Of a stretch of DNA of 32,000 nt, positions 9,601 to 17,117 are shown one piece after another. The stretch is from an uncultured archaeon (GTDB lineage: Archaea; Micrarchaeota; Micrarchaeia; Micrarchaeales; CABMGC01): the NCBI GenBank assembly GCA_963704435.1, contig OY969902.1:360001-392000 (forward strand). The letters are read 5' to 3'. The translations under genes and the position numbers were made by a program. The notes beneath the pieces are model-generated. The model was given only the letters and a program-made list of their open reading frames with translations. It ran no database searches and was not told where the DNA came from. Position 1 is the stretch's first letter. Every line of letters starts with the position of its first letter.

Positions 9601-9668
9601 ATCTGTACGTGACTGACGACTCGCCGAGTAGTAAAGTCTTTGTGGTCGGTGAGGGGACCTGCACCTGA
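6624..9668 (+). CDS. Surface protein A: pilin-like N-terminal segment, beta-rich domain, Thr linker, C-terminal YVTN beta-propeller (start at 6639 plausible, preceded by aggagg)
   Basis: AQSALEFLMTYSFLITIIVFVMS N-terminal hydrophobic segment; TTTSTTTATTTAG linker; repeated GxxPxGVAhSPxGxxxYVxNxxxxxVxVIxxxxxxVxxTI blades. Confidence 0.85.
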   Translation: MQEDAMERSGNGVRAQSALEFLMTYSFLITIIVFVMSVVLIVALSTASVVPSQCTSFGGPSCNFVSVYSNTTVGYSVVTLSISNSQSVPINVTNATVTVGPKTYLGACAPQYLYPGQSATCLVNLTTMQRAGALIHGTYDINAIYCNTGISSVSKGGCDVPSLANGQMVSYSGSFSAVPSIYEAAIFSVTAAQGPKSLQFLPYSAISGSNTLPLNFTPVQNGDWVSNLTRGKIAYSFATQGSQYIGTIYLGRNTIAFPQSLSALGNGNIACSGAPYNSVLSTASTCIYLNASSTNANVTLYTNNPAEVYYGLMQPNNPGSAISWKAIFNGGAWTSGGAQQYGPALIKLQRGTYCFEAVWSNVCGGGLQSLAITIPGFGTIMNTSTLTTSSTVTTSVTVTATTSTTTATTTAGCTLAGVTGTIQVGGNPYGVAFSPDGTFAYTTNYGPDTLSMISTATNSVVNTIGAGPGVTNPDGIAFVPGSSTWAYFADSSGLGTIFVPTNWVVNPLNYSIQSLDVQFTPSGSEAYVVAGTYGTEGRNVTVINTATSAVVNTIVLPNQAGQPEGVAFSPNGNLAYVTDYLGNKVVVINVATNTVINSISVDGEPVAVSFADNNHAYVSAAGADKIDVINVATNAMTACVITAYIPYGITVSPTGNFALVATAGNALMINTVSNTVINSITTGTGYNYRMAIAANGKYAYLGSSGGAIGYINIPANTFTTLIATDEVSDMVIDPTSSTYVYAAQYYGGGMIYRIATATNAITSWGSYKEYGLHLAIPSTGGVAYETGYSSARLSIINLGSMSVVPSSVGATPNAIAVSSSGISYVVNGGSGTVTVVGPPSAGYPVLATVPVGTDPWGAAVSPNGQYVWVTNYGSGTVSVINTATYSVVATIIVGSNPTGLALSPNSAYLYVANSGSNSVSVITTSNNQVVATILVGSSPYGIAVAPTGDYIYVANHGSGTVLVINAATLSLVNTVVTPGGTPHAIAASPTGSYLYVTDDSPSSKVFVVGEGTCT
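7857..8131 (+). repeat. 5' propeller block of surface protein A, about 96% identical to 10381-10655
   Basis: Line-by-line comparison shows roughly ten substitutions and no indels over 275 bp. Confidence 0.85.
9121..9666 (+). repeat. 546-bp repeat copy 1 (identical copy at 11660-12205, offset 2539)
   Basis: Direct visual comparison; the antisense ORFs 9159-9491 and 11698-12030 encode the same 110 aa, and the +frame ORFs 9188-9616 and 11727-12155 encode the same 142 aa. Confidence 0.97.
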
Positions 9669-9744
9669 CTTTATCAGCTTGGATCATTTGCTGGCAAAAA
9701 CCTTTCCCCTTTTTAATCTTTGCTGCGAATCGTAATCGGTAATC

Positions 9745-12207
9745 ATGAAGCTGCAGTCCGCCATGGAGTATCTGCTTACCTATGGCTGGATGATCCTGAT
9801 AGTCACGATAGTCATCGCCGTGTTCATGCTGCTCGGAGTGTTCAATCCGAGCGGAATCGCAGGCCAGCAGTGCCTGCTGCCTGCAGGGCTATCCTGCTCG
9901 ATCTCGGACCTTACCCCTAATGGCGTGCTCCTCGTAAACATACTCCAGACCACGCCTACGCAGATAAACGTAAGCGCGGTAGGATGCGACACCCAGTCCC
10001 TGATACCCAGCGGAATGTCGACTTACAGGACCCTTCTCAGCAGCACGAGCTCCCCGTTCATCGTGCAGTGCTACGCGGGCAACAGCATCACCCCCGACAA
10101 TGCGCTGAGCATAGGCACCCTATTCTCCGGATACCTGATAGTGAACTACACAGAAGTCTACACAGGATTCCCCCACACAGCAACAGGAACACTCCTCGCC
10201 AGAGTCACATCGGTGAACCTCGCGACCACGATATCTTCGACAACGACTGCCACCACGACCAGTTCCACCATCTCCACAACCACAACAGGCACCTCCACTT
10301 CAACGACGTCCACGTCGACGACGGCCACGACCACATCATCCACTTCGACGACGTCAACGACCGCGAGCACCACCACAGTGGGCTGCACGCTCGCGGGCGT
10401 GACGGGCACGATACAGGTCGGAGGAAACCCGTATGGCGTCGCGTTCTCGCCGGACGGGACCTTTGCGTATACGACCAACTATGGCCCCGACACCCTCTCG
10501 ATGATAAGCACCGCGACCAACTCTGTCGTAAACACGATCGGGGCGGGACCTGGAGTGATCAACCCTGACGGCATCGCGTTCGTGCCGGGAAGCAGCACAT
10601 GGGCATACTTCGCGGACTCCTCCGGCCTCGGAACGATCTTCGTGCCTACGAACTGGGTTAATAATCCGATTAACTATTCAATACAGAGCTATGACGTGCA
10701 ATTCACGCCGAGCGGCAGCGAGGCGTACGTGGTGAGCGGCGTGGGGGGGGTTGAGAAATACAACGTCACGGTCATAAACACAGCGACAAGCGCAGTGGTC
10801 AACACGATCGTCCTTCCGAACCAAGGGACAAGCGAGCCACTCGGTGTTGGATTCTCTCCAAATGGAAATCTAGCTTACGTTACAGATTACAACAGCAACA
10901 AGGTTGATGTGATAAACGTCGCGACGAATACGGTCATAAACACGATTTCCGTAGACCCGGGGCCGAATGGAGTCGGCTTCGCTGACAACAACCACGCGTA
11001 CGTCACCACAGATTACAACGTTAAGCTTGACGTGATAAACGTCGCGACGAACACCGTCACAGCGAACAACATCGTCGCATCATATGCATCTTATGCCATC
11101 TCGGTCTCACCGGTTGGCAACCTTGCCTTGGTTTCTACTGCTGGGAATATCCTTGTGATAAACACTGTGAGCAACACCGTGATAAACTCAATCACGACAG
11201 GGGTGGGCTACACCGACAGGATAGCCATAGCGGCTAATGGCAAATACGCGTACATAGGTGACGCTCAGGAGCACATCGGATATATCAATATTCCAGCGAA
11301 CACGATGACCGCATTCGGTGCGGGCGGGGAAATAGAGGGAATGGCAACAGACCCGACCAGTTCAACTTACGCGTACGGGTCAATTTATTGCTGTGGAAGC
11401 TACGGGTTCATAAGAATCGCCACATCCAATAACGCCATCACCTATGCGACGACCATCCCGAACAAAAACTACTACTGGGAAATGGCAATCCCCTCAACCG
11501 GTGGAGTTGCGTATGAGACGGGCTACAGCTCCGCACACCTGAATATCATTAATCTCGCATCAATGTCTGCAGTGCCTAGTTCGGTCGGAATGACTCCGAA
11601 CGCGATTGCGGTCACGCCCGGCGGCATCGCGTATGTGGTGAACGGAGGCAGTGGCACGGTCACTGTGGTCGGCCCCCCTAGTGCAGGCTATCCTGTACTA
11701 GCGACCGTGCCCGTCGGCACCGACCCATGGGGCGCGGCGGTCTCGCCCAACGGCCAATATGTCTGGGTCACCAACTACGGATCTGGCACGGTCAGCGTCA
11801 TCAACACCGCGACCTACTCGGTCGTGGCCACCATCATAGTCGGCTCCAATCCTACGGGCCTCGCGCTGTCGCCCAACAGCGCCTACCTCTACGTCGCGAA
11901 CTCCGGAAGCAACAGCGTGAGCGTCATCACGACTTCGAACAATCAAGTGGTTGCTACCATACTTGTCGGGTCCAGCCCGTACGGCATCGCCGTTGCACCG
12001 ACAGGCGATTATATATACGTCGCAAACCACGGGAGCGGCACGGTCCTAGTGATCAACGCGGCCACGCTCAGCCTCGTCAACACGGTGGTCACTCCTGGAG
12101 GGACGCCGCATGCCATAGCCGCATCGCCGACGGGCAGCTATCTGTACGTGACTGACGACTCGCCGAGTAGTAAAGTCTTTGTGGTCGGTGAGGGGACCTG
12201 CACCTAA
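9745..12207 (+). CDS. Surface protein B: pilin-like N-terminus, long Thr/Ser linker, YVTN beta-propeller; paralogue of protein A
   Basis: MKLQSAMEYLLTYGWMILIVTIVIAVFMLLG N-terminus; same propeller as protein A. Confidence 0.87.
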   Translation: MKLQSAMEYLLTYGWMILIVTIVIAVFMLLGVFNPSGIAGQQCLLPAGLSCSISDLTPNGVLLVNILQTTPTQINVSAVGCDTQSLIPSGMSTYRTLLSSTSSPFIVQCYAGNSITPDNALSIGTLFSGYLIVNYTEVYTGFPHTATGTLLARVTSVNLATTISSTTTATTTSSTISTTTTGTSTSTTSTSTTATTTSSTSTTSTTASTTTVGCTLAGVTGTIQVGGNPYGVAFSPDGTFAYTTNYGPDTLSMISTATNSVVNTIGAGPGVINPDGIAFVPGSSTWAYFADSSGLGTIFVPTNWVNNPINYSIQSYDVQFTPSGSEAYVVSGVGGVEKYNVTVINTATSAVVNTIVLPNQGTSEPLGVGFSPNGNLAYVTDYNSNKVDVINVATNTVINTISVDPGPNGVGFADNNHAYVTTDYNVKLDVINVATNTVTANNIVASYASYAISVSPVGNLALVSTAGNILVINTVSNTVINSITTGVGYTDRIAIAANGKYAYIGDAQEHIGYINIPANTMTAFGAGGEIEGMATDPTSSTYAYGSIYCCGSYGFIRIATSNNAITYATTIPNKNYYWEMAIPSTGGVAYETGYSSAHLNIINLASMSAVPSSVGMTPNAIAVTPGGIAYVVNGGSGTVTVVGPPSAGYPVLATVPVGTDPWGAAVSPNGQYVWVTNYGSGTVSVINTATYSVVATIIVGSNPTGLALSPNSAYLYVANSGSNSVSVITTSNNQVVATILVGSSPYGIAVAPTGDYIYVANHGSGTVLVINAATLSLVNTVVTPGGTPHAIAASPTGSYLYVTDDSPSSKVFVVGEGTCT
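10248..10380 (+). repeat. Low-complexity Thr/Ser codon tract encoding the linker of surface protein B
   Basis: Degenerate acg/acc/tcg/tcc runs encoding TTTATTTSSTISTTTTGTSTSTTSTSTTATTTSSTSTTSTTASTTT. Confidence 0.8.
11660..12205 (+). repeat. 546-bp repeat copy 2
   Basis: See 9121-9666. Confidence 0.97.
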
Positions 12208-12321
12208 TTCTCGGCACGTATCTAGTGCACCCTTTACTGTGGATTGGAAGTATAGGATTGCATTATCCTTGAGTTTGAACTCACATCCGCTTTGCCCAAA
12301 GCGGCCGGATTCCGATTTGCC

Positions 12322-13374
12322 TTATCTCCCAGGATTCTTCCTCACGAACCGCTTGTCCACGGCGGCTATGTCCTTGAAGCTGTGCAGCTGGATTCCCGCG
12401 TCGTCCTCGGAGTTGAACACCCTTATCCCCACGCGCTGGGCGTATGCCGCGTCAAGGACCTCCTTGACGCCCTCCTCGTTCAGCACCGAGTCGTTCACCA
12501 GCACCGCACCCGCCTGGTAGGTCTCCAGCGCCTCCCTTACCTTGTCCATGCCATAGAACGAGCGGCCCATAGCCAGCCCAGCGAGGAAAGCGTTGAGCGC
12601 ATCGAACTCGCCCTTCACCTTCTCGTTCTCGAGCAGCCTCGACACCGCATCGCTCTGCACCGCCTCGCGCACGCCCGACCTTTCCGCGTCGCTCGCTGCC
12701 GCGTACACCACCCTCTTCTCAAGCTTCAGGCCCTTCGTCTCGACGTGCTTCTTGAAATCGTCCTTAGTGAAGCCCGGCCCGGCTATGACTATCAGGTCGA
12801 CCTTCATCCCCGCGACTTTCTTCGCGATCTCGTCGAAGTACGCCTGCCTCGCCTTCCCGTACTCCGCCTCCTTCATCTTCTTGCTCAGCCCGCTGTAGAT
12901 CTCGGCCGCGGTCTCGATGCCCGTCCCCTTCACGTACGCGAACGTCGCCTTCTCGTCGTCCAATGCCACCGCTCCCAGCCTCGGCTTCCTTGAGTCGAGG
13001 ACCGCCTGCCTTATCATTCCGAGCGTGTACTCCTTCCACTCCGCCTTCCTCACGGTCAGGGCGTCTCCTTCTCCCACGCTCAGCGTGTGGTAGCTGCCCA
13101 TCCTCACGAACTCCTCCGGCCTGCCGCTAAGTATCTTCCCGGCCAGCCTGAGCATTCCCGAGTTCCTGTCTATCTCCACCTTCTCCACGCTCAGCTCGAT
13201 GACCACCTCCTTCTGCTCTCCCACGTCGCCCTCGCTGGGCCTGAAGCGCCTGGTGCTGCTGGCGGTCGCGGCGTCGCCCTTCCCTATCACCCTTGCGAGC
13301 AGGTACAGGTCGTCGAACGATGTCGGTACCAGCTTCAGCTCGTTAGTGGAATGGTTGAACCTTATTACCTTCAT
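12322..13374 (-). CDS. pelA: mRNA surveillance protein pelota (Dom34-like); true start MKVIRFNHSTNELKLVP at 13374 rather than the long ORF start at 13941
   Basis: LKLVPTSFDDLYLLARVIGKGD, VIAGPGFTKDDF, GMDKVREALETYQAGAVLVNDSVL, VGIRVFNSEDDAGIQLHSFKDIAAV. Confidence 0.92.
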   Translation of the reverse strand: MKVIRFNHSTNELKLVPTSFDDLYLLARVIGKGDAATASSTRRFRPSEGDVGEQKEVVIELSVEKVEIDRNSGMLRLAGKILSGRPEEFVRMGSYHTLSVGEGDALTVRKAEWKEYTLGMIRQAVLDSRKPRLGAVALDDEKATFAYVKGTGIETAAEIYSGLSKKMKEAEYGKARQAYFDEIAKKVAGMKVDLIVIAGPGFTKDDFKKHVETKGLKLEKRVVYAAASDAERSGVREAVQSDAVSRLLENEKVKGEFDALNAFLAGLAMGRSFYGMDKVREALETYQAGAVLVNDSVLNEEGVKEVLDAAYAQRVGIRVFNSEDDAGIQLHSFKDIAAVDKRFVRKNPGR

Positions 13375-13413
13375 GCTCTCAATGGTCTTCTGGCTAATCA
13401 AAGATAAAAACAT

Positions 13414-14058
13414 ATGCAGGGAAATAAACCCATGCACCTCTTCATGCTGCAGAGCCTGCTCAGCTTCACGTACGCGTCCGTAAGCGCCTTTATCGGCACC
13501 TACGGCTACATCGCGATCTTCGCGCTCACGGCGGCCGAGGCGGCGCTCCCGATCCCGAGCGAAGTCATCCTTCCCCTTGTAGGCTACTTCGGGGCCATTG
13601 GCGAGATAAGCGTGTTCGTGGGTTTCGCAGTCGCGATCCTCGGGAGCCTGGTCGGAATGGTCGCCGACTACTACGTGGCCTACTTCCTCGAGAAGGACGT
13701 AGTGTACAAGCACCTCCGCCTCTTCCACATGAAGCGCAGCAGTGTGGAGGCGTTCGACGCGTGGTTCGCAAAGAACGGCAAGCTCACCGTATTCGTATCC
13801 AGGCTCATCCCGCTGGTCAGGGCGCTGATAAACTTCCCTGCCGGCTTCGCGAAGATGAGGGTCAGGGAATTCCTGCTCTACTCGTTGGCGGGCACCATCA
13901 TATGGTCCGCGCTGCTTATGGGCTTCGGCTACTATGCGCACGGTCTGCTCGTAGCGAACGTGTACTACCTCGTGATAGCGCTGGTGCTATTCTTCGTCGT
14001 CCTGTATGCGCTGTACCGGTACATGATGGGAAAGATAAGGAAGCAGATAAAGAGCTGA
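13414..14058 (+). CDS. DedA/SNARE-associated (VTT domain) membrane protein
   Basis: GTYGYIAIFALTAAEAALPIPSEVILPLVGYF, ILGSLVGMVADYYVAYFL, VFVSRLIPLVRALINFPAGFAKM. Confidence 0.85.
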   Translation: MQGNKPMHLFMLQSLLSFTYASVSAFIGTYGYIAIFALTAAEAALPIPSEVILPLVGYFGAIGEISVFVGFAVAILGSLVGMVADYYVAYFLEKDVVYKHLRLFHMKRSSVEAFDAWFAKNGKLTVFVSRLIPLVRALINFPAGFAKMRVREFLLYSLAGTIIWSALLMGFGYYAHGLLVANVYYLVIALVLFFVVLYALYRYMMGKIRKQIKS

Positions 14059-14197
14059 GAGAAAGCTTCATTTCCGCCCTTGAAAACAAGTTCAATATTT
14101 TGAACAGGGCCATATCTTTTTGAACGAGGGCTAGGGAGGCCATAGTCTAGGACATGCGGCGTAAGATAAGTGCAGTCGAAAAACTTATATATTAGAA

Positions 14198-14217
14198 TTA
14201 CTATAACATTATAGTAA
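14198..14217. promoter_or_regulatory. Perfect 9-bp inverted repeat TTACTATAA-CA-TTATAGTAA, candidate operator
   Basis: 17 nt upstream of the GTG start of 14235-15254 and just downstream of a TATA-like acttatatatt. Confidence 0.75.
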
Positions 14218-14234
14218 ATAATATAGTGATATAA

Positions 14235-15254
14235 GTGAATAAGGAAGAGACAAAGATATTGAGCTATCTCTCAGACAACTTAGGTGATGGGGGAAACATA
14301 CGGGAAATGTCAGAGGGCATAAATAAAAGATATGGCCCTGCTTATTATTCTAACATCTACAACACCACGAATAAGCTTAAAAAAATGGGCATCGTAGACA
14401 TAGCGCAGGAAGGAAAGAACAGGCGGATAACGCTCGACGCGGAAAATCCCTTCTCAACGTATTACATGTCTGAGATCGAGAGCCACAAGGCTAGCCAAAC
14501 AACCCTCTCTAAGGAAATGCTGAGCAGCATATTGGATCTTGCTGAAAGATTCAATATATTTTCCATTTGCACTTTGGAAACTGAAAAACATCTGAAAATA
14601 AACAGGATAGAGATGCTAATCCTTGCCCAGAATCACGACGATGATGGAAAACTGATAAAATCTCTTTTACGAACGGAATCCGAGCAGGGAATAAAAATAG
14701 ACCCCTGCATATTTGCCATTGACGAATTCATAAAAATGATGCAGACCGATGAACTAAACCCGATAAAGGACATTATCCCTGACAAATGCGTATTATACAA
14801 CAGCGAAGGTTTCTGGAGCCTGATAAACCATCACAAGATAGGAATCAAATACAAAAAATCCAGAAAATTCTCCCTATATCTGACAGCGAGCGAACTAGCG
14901 TATAATTACAACAGGCAAGGCTATCAATTGAATGAGCAAATCAGGCCTTCCGAGAAGATATCCTTAGAAACCACAATATTCTCAATGAGCATCAAAAACG
15001 AAACCAGAATAAAATACGGAGCCATAATCCTGCTGTACAAAAACATTGAAAGAATAAATTGGGCTTGTTTATTCTATATGTACAAAAGATATGATGAGCT
15101 AAACAGATTCAAAAGCATCCTGCTTTCATTGGCAGACTTAAAGAATACGACAAACAACGCGGATATCAACCGCTACATCGAAATCATTACAGACAAACCA
15201 GATACGAAATACGACGCTAAAATAATTAAAAAATACATGGAGGTGTATGGTTAA
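14235..15254 (+). CDS. N-terminal wHTH protein with possible degenerate nucleotidyltransferase-like region; first gene of a two-gene module
   Basis: MNKEETKILSYLSDN...YSNIYNTTNKLKKMGIVDIAQEGKNRRITL resembles a winged helix. The central part (SICTLETEKHLKINRIEMLILAQ...IKIDPCIFAIDEFIKMM) has an NTase-like layout without clear catalytic residues. GTG start, AT-rich gene. Confidence 0.6.
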   Translation: MNKEETKILSYLSDNLGDGGNIREMSEGINKRYGPAYYSNIYNTTNKLKKMGIVDIAQEGKNRRITLDAENPFSTYYMSEIESHKASQTTLSKEMLSSILDLAERFNIFSICTLETEKHLKINRIEMLILAQNHDDDGKLIKSLLRTESEQGIKIDPCIFAIDEFIKMMQTDELNPIKDIIPDKCVLYNSEGFWSLINHHKIGIKYKKSRKFSLYLTASELAYNYNRQGYQLNEQIRPSEKISLETTIFSMSIKNETRIKYGAIILLYKNIERINWACLFYMYKRYDELNRFKSILLSLADLKNTTNNADINRYIEIITDKPDTKYDAKIIKKYMEVYG

Positions 15255-15770
15255 ATGGCAGGAATTTCAAAAAGAGACCTCCTACAGTTTCTTGAGTCCT
15301 TTGATCAGGAACTGACCAGAAAAATCCTGCTTGTTGCAGTTGGAGGAACCGCGATGACCTTGCTAGGCATCAAGGCGACAACGAAAGACATAGATTTCAA
15401 CATACCCTTGGAGGAGGATTTCAATGAATTCGCGCACATCAGAGACAAAATAAGGCCGGGCGTAAAAATTGACTGTTGGAGTTCTAATACCATATTCAGC
15501 GAGATTTTGCCGGGGGATTACATAAAAATTGCGATTGATTATCCTTCTGGCCTTCGAAAAATCGAAATTAAACTGTTGAACCCTATAGATATCGCATGTT
15601 CAAAAATCAGCAGGTTTAACGAGGCGGATCGGGAAGATATAGTGGACTGCATTGAAAAAATCGGCATAACAAGAGTACAGATGAGAAAGAGGGCGCAGAG
15701 ATATTCGCAGGTCGGAAGTGAACGGGCATTCAATGAAAATCTCGAATATATATTAGAGAACCTGTTCTAG
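15255..15770 (+). CDS. Nucleotidyltransferase-like protein (AbiEii/DUF6036-type NTase fold)
   Basis: VAVGGTAMTLLGIKATTKDIDFNI matches the GG...G.(R/K).T.DID motif; TAAATG junction with the preceding gene. Confidence 0.72.
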   Translation: MAGISKRDLLQFLESFDQELTRKILLVAVGGTAMTLLGIKATTKDIDFNIPLEEDFNEFAHIRDKIRPGVKIDCWSSNTIFSEILPGDYIKIAIDYPSGLRKIEIKLLNPIDIACSKISRFNEADREDIVDCIEKIGITRVQMRKRAQRYSQVGSERAFNENLEYILENLF

Positions 15771-15858
15771 TTAATCCTATTCTGCAAGGGATAAAAATAG
15801 CGCCGAAGCCCGAGAGGCCTAGGGCATAAGCCAGCGGAAAAGTAAGCTTGGACTTAAA

Positions 15859-16209
15859 CTAGGGGGCCCGTGGTTTCGCCCGTGTGGACTTGGAAGGGGT
15901 CGGACTTAGGGGAGCCCTGCTGTCGAGTATGTAGTTCTTCACGACCTTGACCACCTGGTCTATGGCCCGCTTGATGTCCGCCTCGGTCTTTGCGCCCGTG
16001 CAGATTATCTTTCCGTTCTTGAACAGAAGCAGCGCTACCTTCGGCTCCTTTATCTTGTATATCGCTCCAGGGAACTGCTCCGGCTCGTAGTCGACGTCAG
16101 GCGAGGCCTTCGCTATCTCGTACAGGTCGAGCTCCACGCCCAGGTCTGCGCTGGCTACTATGTTCTCTATTTTGAACTGCGGATGAAGCGTGACCTTTTT
16201 CTTTGCCAT
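15859..16209 (-). CDS. TATA-box binding protein-like, only one TBP repeat present
   Basis: KIENIVASADLGVELDLYEIAKASPDVDYEPEQFPGAIYKIKEPKVALLLFKNGKIICTGAKTEADIKRAIDQVV is one full TBP repeat. It is followed by a short basic/proline tail and a stop instead of a second repeat. TATA-like atatataaatac lies upstream. Confidence 0.88.
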   Translation of the reverse strand: MAKKKVTLHPQFKIENIVASADLGVELDLYEIAKASPDVDYEPEQFPGAIYKIKEPKVALLLFKNGKIICTGAKTEADIKRAIDQVVKVVKNYILDSRAPLSPTPSKSTRAKPRAP

Positions 16210-16293
16210 TCATATCCCTCGGGTGCTTTTAAATGGTGTGAAAGGTATTTATATATTCTTCGCAGTAGTAGTACTGCACTTTTGGTGTTTAGC

Positions 16294-16584
16294 ATGAGCG
16301 AGAGGTCGCACGGCCTGTTCTCCGGAAGGACAAGGCATCTGGCACGTCATCACAAGCCCGGCAGGCTGGGCATCAGCAAGCTGGCGAAGAACTTCAAGAT
16401 CGGAGACAGGGTCGTCGTTCTCCCGAAGGGCAACTTCAGGGACATACCCCACCCGAGGTACAGGGGAAGGGTCGGCGTCGTCACTGAGAAGAGGGGGGGT
16501 GCCTATGCCGTGGAACTTCGGCTCTCGAGGAAGACCACGAAGACGCTCATAGTGAACCAGAGGCACCTGGACAAGGCCCCGTAG
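16294..16584 (+). CDS. rpl21e: 50S ribosomal protein eL21 (L21e); start within the longer ORF 16183-16584
   Basis: FKIGDRVVVLPKGNFRDIPHPRYRGRVGVVTEKRGGAYAVEL...KTLIVNQRHL. Confidence 0.9.
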   Translation: MSERSHGLFSGRTRHLARHHKPGRLGISKLAKNFKIGDRVVVLPKGNFRDIPHPRYRGRVGVVTEKRGGAYAVELRLSRKTTKTLIVNQRHLDKAP

Positions 16585-16722
16585 GATTCCGACTTCTTTT
16601 AATTTCCTAGAATGAGAAAAGTCACTTTCAAGGCTGACCTGTCCAAGACTATCTCAAGCACTTTTATGCCTTCTACGTAAGCAAAAACAACACCGACCAA
16701 AACAAGGCCAATATTTATATAG

Positions 16723-16744
16723 ATAGGTATACCTATGGTATACC
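16723..16744. promoter_or_regulatory. Candidate operator: ATAGGTATACCTAT palindrome overlapping a GGTATACC-TAT-GGTATACC tandem
   Basis: Ends 1 nt before the GTG start of the Doc-like gene; TATA-like atatttatat at 16711-16720. Confidence 0.75.
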
Positions 16745-16745
16745 A

Positions 16746-17117
16746 GTGAACAACGTGAAACGATTAACGAAGGAAGAGATAGTTGAGATTAACAAGAGCA
16801 TAGGAGAGGGAGGGGTGGAGAAAAATAGCAATCTTCCTGGCATAATCTACGCGTTGGATGAGACTGCTAACGTGGAGGATTATGCGACGCTGCTCTTGAC
16901 TGAGCTAATAAATCTTCATCCTTTCTTGCAGGGCAACAAGAGGACCGCGTTTTATTCGCTTGTGATGTTCCTCCGGAAGAACGGATACGCGCTAAAGAAG
17001 GAGCATAAATATAACGACAAAATAGACAGGATACTGATAAGTGTGATACGAGGAAAATCAAAGAACCATACGAGGCAGTTGCTAAAAAAGATGATATATT
17101 ATGGAAAACCTAAATGA
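16746..17117 (+). CDS. Doc/death-on-curing-like Fic-fold toxin
   Basis: LINLHPFLQGNKRTAFYSLVMFLRKNGY matches the Doc motif HxFxxxNKRTA; compact 123-aa protein. Confidence 0.85.
   Translation: MNNVKRLTKEEIVEINKSIGEGGVEKNSNLPGIIYALDETANVEDYATLLLTELINLHPFLQGNKRTAFYSLVMFLRKNGYALKKEHKYNDKIDRILISVIRGKSKNHTRQLLKKMIYYGKPK

Noticed and set aside
9667-9744. Independent gene or RNA between the two surface genes
   Set aside because: Only 78 bp with pyrimidine-rich ccctttttaatctttg, likely termination plus promoter; no supported gene.
6782-12155. Many overlapping ORFs inside the surface genes (e.g. 9188-9616, 9159-9491, 11727-12155)
   Set aside because: Shadow ORFs of GC-rich repetitive coding sequence with arginine/histidine-rich nonsense composition; the sense propeller frame explains the region.
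13375-13941. N-terminal extension of the pelota ORF up to 13941
   Set aside because: Antisense to the DedA gene; the pelota family start MKVI is at 13374.
14120-14175. tRNA-like string gggctagggaggccatagtctaggacatgcggcg
   Set aside because: Could not form D-, anticodon- and T-arms; no T-loop consensus nearby. A tRNA remnant or split half is possible but unsupported.
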